From the IMG/VR virus record IMGVR_UViG_2563366947_000002: a DNA stretch of 64,000 nt; one strand, written 5' to 3'. Below the pieces are notes generated by a model. It searched no databases. It had not been told where the DNA came from and saw only the letters and a list, made by a program, of their open reading frames with translations. This document shows positions 27,605 through 36,838 of this stretch, piece after piece. Position numbers and translations under genes: made by a program. The stretch is from a virus. Lineage: Duplodnaviria > Heunggongvirae > Uroviricota > Caudoviricetes. Position 1 is the first letter of the stretch, and every line of letters starts with the position of its first letter.

Positions 27605-27755
27605 GAAACCATTTCACCTCTATATACAGATGACGCTACGCGAAAAATATAAAAATGACAGGGTAGCTATAAGTTAATTTTCAAAATACAAGCCTTTGAT
27701 TGGAGGCACGTATTTTCAGTGATGTCAATACTGTTCATCTACACATGATTATAGC

Positions 27756-27789
27756 CTAACTTTAAATAATGCCAATTATTTAAAGTTAT
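27756..27789. other. lox-like recombination site (13-8-13)
   Basis: CTAACTTTAAATA-ATGCCAAT-TATTTAAAGTTAT; outer ATAACTT/AAGTTAT as loxP, inner arm bases and spacer differ; 150 bp upstream of cre. Confidence 0.75.
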
Positions 27790-27884
27790 AAAATGCCGAT
27801 TTTTTTTAATCCATCATAGATTGATGATGACCAGTAACACGTTGCCTTCATGGTCTTTAATTAGCGAAGTGTGGTTTCTACGGT

Positions 27885-27903
27885 TGGTTTTCTAAAATTG
27901 ATG
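27885..27903 (-). promoter_or_regulatory. weak operator-like motif
   Basis: TTGGTTTTCTAAAATTGATG, partial match to operator consensus. Confidence 0.3.
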
Positions 27904-27969
27904 ACAAAAAATCACAGTTCGATCCTTTACTCACTCTGTTATTCGACATAAATTTGTCATAGTAATTTT

Positions 27970-27986
27970 ATGTTAGAAAACTAAAT
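27970..27986 (+). promoter_or_regulatory. putative repressor operator
   Basis: ATGTTAGAAAACTAAAT, 12 bp upstream of 27999 start. Confidence 0.5.
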
Positions 27987-27998
27987 CGAGTAGGAATA

Positions 27999-29036
27999 AT
28001 GAGTAAGAAGTCGATCGAGAAAGAGTACAAACGGTTCCTGCAAACCGCTGAACGGTGGAAAGAGCTGGTGGTCGCAAACTCTGTTTTCCATGATACCAGT
28101 TATGCTGGCGAGGAATTCCGCCATGTTGCATTAACGCATGACCAAAACATATTAGAAGAAGCTGAAAAATGTCTTGCTGAATGGAAAGCCTTCGTTGACA
28201 TGTGCCGCGATGCCGACGGCAAAGCGTCGAACATTGTTGAGTCTGTATATTCTCCGATCCCATTCATCATTGAGGACACCAATCAAAGCACGCATGTCGT
28301 TGTGCAAAGCGCTACAACAACACGTACATTTACACGTGAACAATTGCTAAAAAAATACGACAAAATCATAAAGAAAAGCCTGAAAAATAGGGTTTTTTCT
28401 CAAATCGTAGGTGCTCTTGAAGAAGAACAGCGCTTCTTTGAAGCTGAGCCTGAAGGCGAGATCTACCGGGCGCGTAAAGAGGCATATACAGATGTTGTGC
28501 TGACAACAAACATCGAAGGCAGCAATGCCCTTTCTCGCTTTAGAGTTGGCGCACATGGCGCATTGGTTTTCGCAAGACAACCGAAGACAACGATCCCCGT
28601 TGTCAATAATGTTGGTGAACGCCGGAGCATTACAATTTATTCTGGCGTCGAATCGGTACCTTGCAGCCTTCTCGGCGATTTTAACTTATATCGTGTTCGT
28701 GACCTGGAAAAACACCAGCCAAGCTACGTTGCGAAGTCGTACATCTTAAGGAACATCGATATTCGCAATGAAAGCCTTAAGCAGAAATCCGCTAAGATGC
28801 TGGAGGATGCCGATCCGGCTATTCGCCATATCATTGAGCGTAAGATACGTACATCACGTGAAGCAATGGCAAGGCTGGATAAAATGGATCTGGAATTGTT
28901 AGACGTAATGATGGCCTCTGGAGACGACCTGACCGGCATTAAACTGAATGAAGCTCGTAAAAAATACGGCAAAGCAATCGAAGAACGTTACGGATACACA
29001 TTCCCCCAAACGCAGTACGCCGCGAAGCTCTGGTAA
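27999..29036 (+). CDS. putative immunity repressor (positional analogue of P1 c1; not recognised by sequence)
   Basis: 345-aa ORF between lox and convergent pacB-like gene, preceded by operator copies, the position c1 occupies in P1. Confidence 0.35.
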   Translation: MSKKSIEKEYKRFLQTAERWKELVVANSVFHDTSYAGEEFRHVALTHDQNILEEAEKCLAEWKAFVDMCRDADGKASNIVESVYSPIPFIIEDTNQSTHVVVQSATTTRTFTREQLLKKYDKIIKKSLKNRVFSQIVGALEEEQRFFEAEPEGEIYRARKEAYTDVVLTTNIEGSNALSRFRVGAHGALVFARQPKTTIPVVNNVGERRSITIYSGVESVPCSLLGDFNLYRVRDLEKHQPSYVAKSYILRNIDIRNESLKQKSAKMLEDADPAIRHIIERKIRTSREAMARLDKMDLELLDVMMASGDDLTGIKLNEARKKYGKAIEERYGYTFPQTQYAAKLW

Positions 29037-29063
29037 TCACAACCGGCCCCGCATCGCGGGGCT

Positions 29064-30572
29064 TTATATATCCAGATCCGGCATTTCGATATCCGCCAGA
29101 ACCTGATCTCGGAAAGTTGCCATTTCGGCACCAATATCTTCATTAGCAGGCACATAGTCCACCAGCATAGTGAAGCAGTAGGTATCCCATCGGTCAGGCG
29201 ATTTGATGTTTAGCTTTTGCCGCATGTGCTCTTTGCGCATCATCGCCATTTTCCCTTCTTCATTCAGTAAAAAGGGGATTTTTGACGCTTGCTCTGCCGT
29301 TTTAGGGTCACTGTCTATCCGCATACGCCCTGACTTTATGGCATCACGCGCCATAATATTTGCGTAGGCACGCTGATTAACAAATCGCTCCCTGTCTTTG
29401 TTCGCAAACATGGGTTTTCCCCACCGAATACGTACCGGGTTCGCACCACGACGCACCAACTGCGCACACGTATCAGAACCAAAACCATCAGCATCAACCG
29501 CGATTGTTATATTCGGGTATTTTTCCGGCGTACATTCGTTATATATGAAGTCAGCAAAGGCCAATGGGTCCATAGTGCCAGGCATCTCCATTACCTTAAA
29601 GTTAACAACGCGCCGCTTATCCCTGTGACCTGATACCTTGCAGATGTTGAGGACCGACTTATCTCGCCCATTACCAACGTCAGCCGTTGCCACCCATCCC
29701 CAGTTTTTCTCCAACAACACCTTGCGGCGAGCAGCGCGATCGCATTCATCACGACCAAGCAAATAGCCGTTAATTTCTCGTGGGAACTGACCAAGCACCT
29801 TGACCATGTACTCAATAGAATCGCGCCCGCCATATTCCAGAAGCTTCTGCTTGATGAATTGTGGTGTGACGAACGGTGATTCTTCCGAGTTAAGAACAAT
29901 TGCTGTCCAGATCCCTTTCGGGTTGTCTGGGGTTTTTGCTTGAGAATGGTGCGAATCGTAGAAATAACCACTTGGCCTTGTTGGCTGGGATAGCATCAAC
30001 ATCCGGTTATCTTCTTCAGTAAGAGCACCGGTCATTACGCCGATCGCCTTATCAGATATACCAGATGCTTCATCCAGAATTAGAAGCAAATGTGCCGCGT
30101 GTTCCCCCGCCAGCGCTTCTTCGTTGCCGAGTCGATAACCTTTGCAGAGAACTTCCCAAATCCCCTTACGGGAGCGCTCATAAAACATGGTGTCAGAGAG
30201 GACAAAATAGGTCTGCAACCACCCATGACGCTTAACTGCATTCGCCCAATACTGTTTAACGTATTTGAATACGCCTGTTTTTACCTGGCCTATCTTGTTA
30301 GCAACAATGATGACACGGGCATCGGGGAACAGGATCATGAAAATCAACAGCAACATCGCGGTAAGGGACGACTTCCCCGTTCCGTGTCCGGACGTGACGG
30401 TCGTCCTACTCCCCGTTTCCTGCACGGACTGAATGATCTGCTGCTGCTGGTGGGAGGGGAACATCCCAAAAATATCGACAACAGCTTGGGTAAAGTTGTA
30501 GCGGTATTTGATTACCATATCGCGCCAGCGTGGATCGCTGGTGACGCATTTAATCTTGCGCCCTCCAGCCAT
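29064..30572 (-). CDS. pacB: terminase large subunit-like ATPase (PacB-like)
   Basis: 502 aa; Walker A TSGHGTGKSS and Walker B LLLILDEASG; downstream of small-subunit-like gene with start/stop overlap. Confidence 0.55.
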   Translation of the reverse strand: MAGGRKIKCVTSDPRWRDMVIKYRYNFTQAVVDIFGMFPSHQQQQIIQSVQETGSRTTVTSGHGTGKSSLTAMLLLIFMILFPDARVIIVANKIGQVKTGVFKYVKQYWANAVKRHGWLQTYFVLSDTMFYERSRKGIWEVLCKGYRLGNEEALAGEHAAHLLLILDEASGISDKAIGVMTGALTEEDNRMLMLSQPTRPSGYFYDSHHSQAKTPDNPKGIWTAIVLNSEESPFVTPQFIKQKLLEYGGRDSIEYMVKVLGQFPREINGYLLGRDECDRAARRKVLLEKNWGWVATADVGNGRDKSVLNICKVSGHRDKRRVVNFKVMEMPGTMDPLAFADFIYNECTPEKYPNITIAVDADGFGSDTCAQLVRRGANPVRIRWGKPMFANKDRERFVNQRAYANIMARDAIKSGRMRIDSDPKTAEQASKIPFLLNEEGKMAMMRKEHMRQKLNIKSPDRWDTYCFTMLVDYVPANEDIGAEMATFRDQVLADIEMPDLDI

Positions 30573-31936
30573 TAATCATCCTCCGGCGGTTCTATCGCGA
30601 TATCATCATCTCCGGCGTCATACCCTGCATCAGATGCATCATAATCACCGTAAATTTCAGCAGTTGCCGAAGGGTCAATATCCAGCTCTTCGTCGTTGGC
30701 CTCGAATTCTCCTGCTTTACGCTCGCCATTGCGGTCGTAATCTCCGCACCCCAATTCTTCAACAATGGTTGCCACATCCGCCCGGCGCTCTGCCAGCCAT
30801 TGCGGATGGTTAGCCTGAAGCGTTGCAAACTCCCTTGCCTCTTTGTCCAGCTGTTCATCATCAACATCATTGACGTCAGAAACAGGTGGTTCGAGAAGAG
30901 TGATAGCTTTCGCCGCGCGCGCCGCGAGGATAGCCGGGACGCTGACACCCTGGCGCTCGATGTATTCAGCAACACCGATATCATCCAGTTCCTCGCGCTC
31001 ACGCATACGTATAGCGGCGGCGATAACTCTGGCTGCGCGTGCGTCAGCGCCAATGCGATATTCAATCTCTTTGCCACGCTGTTCGGCCTGTAGGCGTGCT
31101 AATTCGAGTTTTTCTCTGGCCTCAGCCTCTTTGAATGCTTGCTGGCGAGCGCTCTGACGAAGCTTTTCATCCCCCTGTCGCAGCTTTTGTTCGGACTGAT
31201 ATATAGCTGCCAACCTACTGATAAAATCATTCATGTAGTAGGCCGCGTCACTGATTAGACCGAGAAGGCGCTGCCCAGGGTGCATTCCTTCTGGCTCTTT
31301 ATCGCCCAAGGCGTCTATTTCCGCCTGTAGACGTTCGGCCTCCTGATCAACAATGCTTTGATACTGAAGTGCGCGCTCTTGCGCCATTTGAATTGCTAAC
31401 CGCAGGTGTTCTTCTGCGCCGTTCTTCATCATATCGCGAGCCACATTCGTAGTTGGCAATGTGGCACGCTGCACAGCACCGTCAGGGATCATTGCAGAAG
31501 ATCCCTCAATTTTTGGGGCGCTTTTATCTTCTTCGGGGATCATTTTCGCCATTTTTTCGCGCAATGATCTCCTGACGGATTCTTTTATCTCATTGTTATT
31601 ATTTGAATTATTTTCATGATCCGAAGTTTTCTTTCTCGGCATACTTCGGAAAGAACCTGCGCCCTGCGAATTGTCAATTTCTGTAAATTTTGTTTTTTCT
31701 GCACCCTCTTCCAGCTTTTTTGTTGCTCTTCCCGCCCGTTTTTTTTCAGGTGATTTGGTGCTTTTTTTTGTTGTCTTTACCTGCGACCGCACCTCATTTT
31801 TTTTCATATTGAGATGCTTTCTGGCTGTATTGAAGCTAAGGCCATGCTCCTCACAGTATTCCTTTACAGTGATCCCTTTTTCTTCACGCAACGCCATAAA
31901 GCGGGCGCGGTGCTCCTCCCAATTAACCAGACTCAT
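30572..31936 (-). CDS. pacA: terminase small subunit-like protein (PacA-like)
   Basis: 454 aa; N-terminal HTH-like region, central basic low-complexity, acidic C-terminus; immediately upstream of pacB-like gene. Confidence 0.45.
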   Translation of the reverse strand: MSLVNWEEHRARFMALREEKGITVKEYCEEHGLSFNTARKHLNMKKNEVRSQVKTTKKSTKSPEKKRAGRATKKLEEGAEKTKFTEIDNSQGAGSFRSMPRKKTSDHENNSNNNNEIKESVRRSLREKMAKMIPEEDKSAPKIEGSSAMIPDGAVQRATLPTTNVARDMMKNGAEEHLRLAIQMAQERALQYQSIVDQEAERLQAEIDALGDKEPEGMHPGQRLLGLISDAAYYMNDFISRLAAIYQSEQKLRQGDEKLRQSARQQAFKEAEAREKLELARLQAEQRGKEIEYRIGADARAARVIAAAIRMREREELDDIGVAEYIERQGVSVPAILAARAAKAITLLEPPVSDVNDVDDEQLDKEAREFATLQANHPQWLAERRADVATIVEELGCGDYDRNGERKAGEFEANDEELDIDPSATAEIYGDYDASDAGYDAGDDDIAIEPPEDD

Positions 31937-32325
31937 AAAGCAACACCACGCTTTTTAACGGCGGCATTCCACAGCTTATTCGCCATGTCCACCAGCTCTC
32001 GTTGCTCTTTTCGCGCCTGTTCGACTGATTTCCTGCTACAGTTTTTAACCAGTAAACTGCCGTATTCCGGGGTTCGCCCACGCACCTTGAACTGATATCC
32101 GTTCAGGCCATGCAACCAGTATTTTCGTGGATACACACGATCATCAAGCTCACAGATTGCCCTGCTTGAACGAACAAAATGACGAATGATGTTAGTTACA
32201 CTTACTCGTGAAACATGGAGATGAGGGTATTTTTCTTTGGCGAGAGTGGTAATTTCAGTGACTGTCAGATAGCAGTCAGCCCTGATCATGATATCCGCAA
32301 TTTCTGCGCTGCTGATTTGTTCCAT
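31933..32325 (-). CDS. hypothetical protein (positional analogue of late-promoter activator Lpa)
   Basis: 130-aa ORF directly upstream of pacA-like gene with operator upstream. Confidence 0.3.
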   Translation of the reverse strand: MEQISSAEIADIMIRADCYLTVTEITTLAKEKYPHLHVSRVSVTNIIRHFVRSSRAICELDDRVYPRKYWLHGLNGYQFKVRGRTPEYGSLLVKNCSRKSVEQARKEQRELVDMANKLWNAAVKKRGVAL

Positions 32326-32400
32326 TAATCCCCCGGGCAGGAAATGACCGAGGGGATGATAATGAGAATGTTAAAACTGTATAGACTGGCAAAAAGATGA

Positions 32401-32420
32401 TTGTATTAGAAAATTAATAC
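32401..32420 (+). promoter_or_regulatory. putative repressor operator (variant)
   Basis: TTGTATTAGAAAATTAATAC upstream of 32325 start. Confidence 0.4.
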
Positions 32421-32433
32421 CAAATATCTAATA

Positions 32434-32826
32434 CTACCAGCGAGACAAACGAACAACATGTTTCACTTTTGCGATCCACTGTCCGCGATAACTATTGATT
32501 ACGGCCTGTGCCAGCTTCAAATTGGCTTCAAAATCAGCCTTACTACCATCAGACTCCACCAGCATTCCGCCATCTATTTCTGGTAAACATAGATAATCCT
32601 GCTCAACCTGCAGCGGCATTGATGGCTCTCTGAATGGCGTTACTTGCTCTGCTTTCCAACGAAATCTAACCCTCATCCCCCTGGTGGTCATTACTAGATA
32701 GCCTGTTATAGTGCTTTTATGGCCCACATCAGTACGCGTGGCATTGCATGACACGATCTTACAGTTAGCGATAGACCACTCAATATTGGTGGCCTGTTGA
32801 GTGCTTAATTTGGTAGTCCCGTACAT
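32434..32826 (-). CDS. hypothetical protein
   Basis: 130-aa ORF. Confidence 0.4.
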   Translation of the reverse strand: MYGTTKLSTQQATNIEWSIANCKIVSCNATRTDVGHKSTITGYLVMTTRGMRVRFRWKAEQVTPFREPSMPLQVEQDYLCLPEIDGGMLVESDGSKADFEANLKLAQAVINSYRGQWIAKVKHVVRLSRW

Positions 32827-33401
32827 CAGAAAGCCTCCCAGTCAGTCGCGATAATATCCACACCAGTTGCAAACCAGTCTGTCTGCGCCTGTAAATCACC
32901 ATTCATCATTACCAGGCGAGGCATCACCATCACATCGCACCCTTCCACAATATCGAATGCCTCTTCCGGCAAGAATTCGAAGAGCTTTTCTTTGCTGCCA
33001 ATGCTGCCACGGAACATCGATATATAGCTCCCTTTAGGCCATGATGTCCGCCGGGCATCAAGCCCTTTCATCATCCAGTAAAAAGCCGAGGAAAAAGGGA
33101 TATTCTTTTTGCCAATGATTACATTATTCGCTTCTGTGTACTTCAGGAACTTAACTAACCTTACCATTGACTCGGATAACGCAACGTATGGCTCATGATT
33201 GATTGCTGACACGCTTACACCGTGCAATCCAACGCTTACCACTGTCATATCGCCGCTCTGTGCGGTTTCGATATTGACGCCTTTGCGAACTAATGAGGCG
33301 TAAAGTTCCTCTCGCTTTTGGGTCCAGCGTTCACGCTTCCCTATGAAGTCACTCAAAATGAGATCTTCTTCTGCATATGCGTTATCGTTCGCCATTAACA
33401 T
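32826..33401 (-). CDS. hypothetical protein with DUF2829-like segment (tentative)
   Basis: 191 aa; AFYWMMKGLDARRTSWPKGSYISMF ... ATDWEAF. Confidence 0.35.
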   Translation of the reverse strand: MLMANDNAYAEEDLILSDFIGKRERWTQKREELYASLVRKGVNIETAQSGDMTVVSVGLHGVSVSAINHEPYVALSESMVRLVKFLKYTEANNVIIGKKNIPFSSAFYWMMKGLDARRTSWPKGSYISMFRGSIGSKEKLFEFLPEEAFDIVEGCDVMVMPRLVMMNGDLQAQTDWFATGVDIIATDWEAF

Positions 33402-33855
33402 AACGTCTCCTTTTTTACACGCGCGACTATCCCCCGGAAGTGCCGGTAGTGATGTCGTAACTTCGTATTAATTAAGGGGTACAGCCTGAGCGGCTATATG
33501 ATGAATTGAAAGGAGTTGTGGCGGTGGTGCCTCCACCTGCCAGGTTAGCCACTCCTGGCGACGTCACTTATCAGAACGTAGTGAATGAAAATGGCTTCGT
33601 CACGAGCGCATAGCCGCAATTACCACAACGGAAACGGCGCTCACGCTAATTAAACGCCTTTTCCTGTTGTGCGCCGTGCTCTTCCGGCTGTCACACCGAA
33701 TCGCCAGGATGGTGAATCCTCGGTCCGACGATATGAACGGGGCTTGCACATTCCGGCTACCTGGTTTGTTGCCTGAGCTAGGGGAAAAGGTAACCCCTTT
33801 AACGTCACCAGACCGCTAACGACGCATGTGCCAGACGCCGTGTTACAACCAAATA

Positions 33856-33931
33856 TGGTGGCCCCTACCGGACTTGAACCGGTGACCGTGCGATTATGAG
33901 TCGCCAGCTCTAACCACTGAGCTAAGGGGCC
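33856..33931 (-). tRNA. tRNA with CAU anticodon (Ile2/lysidine-type or Met)
   Basis: 76 nt with encoded CCA; 5' GGCCCCTTAGCTCAGTGGTTAGAGC and anticodon loop CTCATAA closely resemble E. coli ileX. Confidence 0.85.
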
Positions 33932-33940
33932 AATTAGTTT

Positions 33941-34051
33941 TTATTTTCGACGCCTGAGATTCTTCGCTACTTGTTCTACTCCGTATACGATCACAAGCAG
34001 AAATAGCAAAGACCATCCAGGGTTCTTATCAATATACGTCCAAAAATCCAT
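33941..34051 (-). CDS. small hydrophobic peptide (36 aa), third gene of TerB-like operon
   Basis: ATGA overlap with upstream gene; MDFWTYIDKNPGWSLLFLLVIVYG...; not in ORF track. Confidence 0.35.
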   Translation of the reverse strand: MDFWTYIDKNPGWSLLFLLVIVYGVEQVAKNLRRRK

Positions 34052-34215
34052 CATGAGTTCCTGAACGCAGCTTTAATAATCGGCAATAGCAATACCACAG
34101 CTACTGAAACCAGTGCCCCATCAGCCAACACCGACATCACTTTGCTGGTGAAATCCACCAGCACGGACAAAACGAGAAAACCAATGGCGCACGCAATACG
34201 CGCCTTGCCAATCAT
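34051..34215 (-). CDS. small membrane peptide (54 aa), second gene of TerB-like operon
   Basis: TAATG overlap with TerB-like gene; MIGKARIACAIGFLVLSVLVDF...; not in ORF track. Confidence 0.4.
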   Translation of the reverse strand: MIGKARIACAIGFLVLSVLVDFTSKVMSVLADGALVSVAVVLLLPIIKAAFRNS

Positions 34216-34649
34216 TACAGATAATCTTCCACACGAAGGCCCAAACGACGGCCTACTTCTTCCAGTACTTTGTGTTCTGCTGGCTCGATTTCACCGTCCG
34301 CTTCTGCAATCGTCAGCATGTTAACGAATACTTCTTCCGCTTCTTTTGGATCATTTTTGATATCTTCAATTTCGCGAAGGATATTCATGCGACCAACACG
34401 GAAACCAGCTTCCAGTTGCTCAGTAAAACGGGTGATTGTTGCGGTAATTTCGTTGCCAAAATGACTTAAGCGAGGATTAGAGCGGACAAGCTGATCAAGT
34501 TTCGCTGTTTCTTCCTTTTCGATTTCACCATCTGCGGCAGACACCAACAAACAGCCACCGATAATGGCCTCCATCAGATCGCGATTCTCAACCCTTTTCA
34601 GCTCTACTTTTGCTGAAGCGACTTTCTTACCGAAAAATTTACCGAACAT
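34215..34649 (-). CDS. TerB-like tellurite-resistance-domain protein (TciA-like)
   Basis: 144 aa; LMEAIIGGCLLVSAADGEIEKEE and TIAEADGEIEPAE repeats typical of TerB; adjacent to tRNA cluster as tciA is in P1. Confidence 0.65.
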   Translation of the reverse strand: MFGKFFGKKVASAKVELKRVENRDLMEAIIGGCLLVSAADGEIEKEETAKLDQLVRSNPRLSHFGNEITATITRFTEQLEAGFRVGRMNILREIEDIKNDPKEAEEVFVNMLTIAEADGEIEPAEHKVLEEVGRRLGLRVEDYL

Positions 34650-34916
34650 TGGTTATCCCTCAATAAACATGACGTATTTATTAGGTTGCGGTGCCTGGTG
34701 CCTCCAGGTGACGTTAACCAGTTAACAATTAACGCCGGGATTTTTGACTTAACCACTAAGGAGGATTGTTTTAACTGTTCCGCGTGCGCTTAGCCGCATT
34801 CACCGCAATGGTAAGAGCACTTGGCTGGCTGGGCGGCGATGACGCCTGTACGCATTTGGTGATCCGGTTCTGCTTCCGGCATTCGCTTAATTAGCCAAAT
34901 ACTCTTAACGTTGCGC

Positions 34917-35003
34917 TGGCGGAGAGTAATGGAATCGAACCATCATCGCTTGCGCAATGGGACGGTTTTCAAGACCGCTTGAGCACCATGCGCCCTACTC
35001 TCC
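34917..35003 (-). tRNA. class II tRNA, anticodon UGA (Ser-type)
   Basis: 87 nt; 7-bp acceptor GGAGAGT/ACTCTCC, anticodon loop CTTGAAA, long variable arm with GCAA loop, T-loop TTCGATT, encoded CCA; D-arm weak. Confidence 0.6.
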
Positions 35004-35386
35004 GGCCGTTGTGGTGGCCGGTACTGAATCTCCGGCATACGGTGCAGCCAATTAGGACTACGGACGATCACCGCTCGCGAAAGGGAAGATTTGCGGCCGC
35101 ATTTCCCTAACATCCAAGAAAGCTATCGCATCAGCCTGCGAATCCACCACAACGTTGAGAACACTGGTTGTCACGCTGCAACGCAACATTTATTCGTAGA
35201 TTGGGATATGACCCCGTTACGCCAGTGTTCTCAACGTTGTAGTGCCGGTTACGGTTCCGGCCAGGCCTCTTCCTCAACGGGGTGTTCTCCGTACGGACTA
35301 CCGTTTATTGGTCGTTCCTGCGGTTTATGTTGTGAAGCCAGATGCTTATCTTCTGGTTGCTTCAAAGAGCTGCACTTCATCACAAC

Positions 35387-35460
35387 GGTAAGGGTACTTC
35401 GTAGGGATTCGAACCCTCTGCCAAGCTCGGCGATCTCCGACGTCGCAAAATACCCTTACC
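35387..35460 (-). ncRNA. aberrant tRNA-like element
   Basis: 74 nt with 10-bp terminal stem GGTAAGGGTA/TACCCTTACC and canonical T-arm AGGG-TTCGAAT-CCCT but no D/anticodon arrangement I could fold. Confidence 0.25.
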
Positions 35461-35468
35461 TGTTGTGC

Positions 35469-35544
35469 TGGTGCCGATTAACGGACTCGAACCGCTGACA
35501 TCCTGCTTACAAGGCAGGCGCTCTACCAACTGAGCTAAACCGGC
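35469..35544 (-). tRNA. tRNA-Thr (anticodon UGU)
   Basis: 76 nt; GCCGGTTTAGCTCAGTTGGTAGAGC..., anticodon loop CTTGTAA, T-loop TTCGAGT, encoded CCA. Confidence 0.85.
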
Positions 35545-35546
35545 AT

Positions 35547-35622
35547 TGGCGATGATGGATGGATTTGAACCATCGACCCGTTGATTAACAGTCAACCGCT
35601 CTAACCGCTGAGCTACACCATC
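35547..35622 (-). tRNA. tRNA-Asn (anticodon GUU)
   Basis: 76 nt; anticodon stem GTTGA/TCAAC, loop CTGTTAA, T-arm GATGG-TTCAAAT-CCATC, encoded CCA. Confidence 0.85.
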
Positions 35623-36838
35623 ACTTGCCGGGTACGTCTCCGGCGAGGGCTTCCACCTCCGTATGCTTTTCGGCGCACCGCGCCCTGGCTGCAATTCGGT
35701 AACAGGGGATGCACAACCCTGGCTTCCAGCGTGATTAGCGCCTTCAGCATGACGGGATATACCCGTTACAAGAAATTCCCCCAGGATGCCATTAAGCAAT
35801 GGCTGTTACGCGGGAGGGACGTAACAGGTAAGGGCGCTGACCAGAAAGACCTGACCCTTCTCATTCATCTGGTTAATCACACCAGCGCCCTTGCCTGTTA
35901 TGCCTCCCCGTTCCCTAATACACAGACGGGGACACTCTGCGGTCGATTTTTTGACGGGGGACGACTCATACCCCGTGGCGTCTGGCTTCTTAGGCCGCTA
36001 CCATCATCAGATCATCGTTTGCATTTACTTTAATGGTCGGTTTCTAAACCGCCGCAAAGTCGCTAACCATGACGAAAACCCTAAAAAAGCCCACCCGAAG
36101 ATGGGCAAATACGCTACATCTCACACAAGAAAGAAGCCGACTGCCTGAGTTGGATTCACTTTCAAATGCCCGCTGAAAGGGATCACAAGTCGGCTTCTTT
36201 CTTGATGCGGCACTCTCTCCGCCCGTCACCGCTCTGTCTCGGTTGTCGCGTTTGCCACGCCAGCCATAACGAGGTTTAAAGTCTTTTCACGTTCCCATCA
36301 CTCGACTGCCGTCTGTGGCTGTTCGTTGCAGCGGGGGTGCCTCCCCCTGGGGATATCCCCGGCCTTACCCCATTCTTTCAAGACACAATGCAAGGCCACA
36401 TCCGCATAGGTGCATTACTGCAACATTAAGGAGACTCAGGGCAAAAGGTAACCGCCACAAAAATCCCTATGCCTCCTTAATGTTGAAGATGTGCATTGAT
36501 GATTAGATGCAGCATGTACCGTTACTCTCTGCCGGACCATCATCAATGAACACCTTAAAAAGACCTTCCGTGGCTCAACATGTATTGTCGTTTACTCCGC
36601 AAAGTGCTCTCTCTGAAACCACTTTCCGCACTAAACCTGCTGAACTTTTGCCTGCACAGTGCCAAAGCGTGCTCTTGCGTTACTATACTTTTCTAACGCT
36701 TTAATTTGTTAAATGCTGGTGGGCGAACAATAACCAATAAGTGACTATCAAGCCCAGCAAGCGAAACGTGGGTACCGCCCACCAGCAAGGAAAATTCTAT
36801 GTTAAGTTACCTTCACAATCAACACATTCGAATTGTGA

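Noticed and set aside
27999-29036. Calling the 345-aa protein a sequence homologue of P1 C1
   Set aside because: I cannot verify similarity from memory; only position and upstream operator copies support a repressor role, so it is reported as positional analogue at low confidence
31700-31936. Search for a P1-type pac site (cluster of TGATCA/G hexamers) inside the pacA-like gene
   Set aside because: Only isolated GATC sites seen; no hexamer cluster, so packaging-site location remains unknown
35380-35799. 139-aa minus-strand ORF
   Set aside because: Overlaps two tRNA genes and the tRNA-like element; translation is tRNA sequence read as protein
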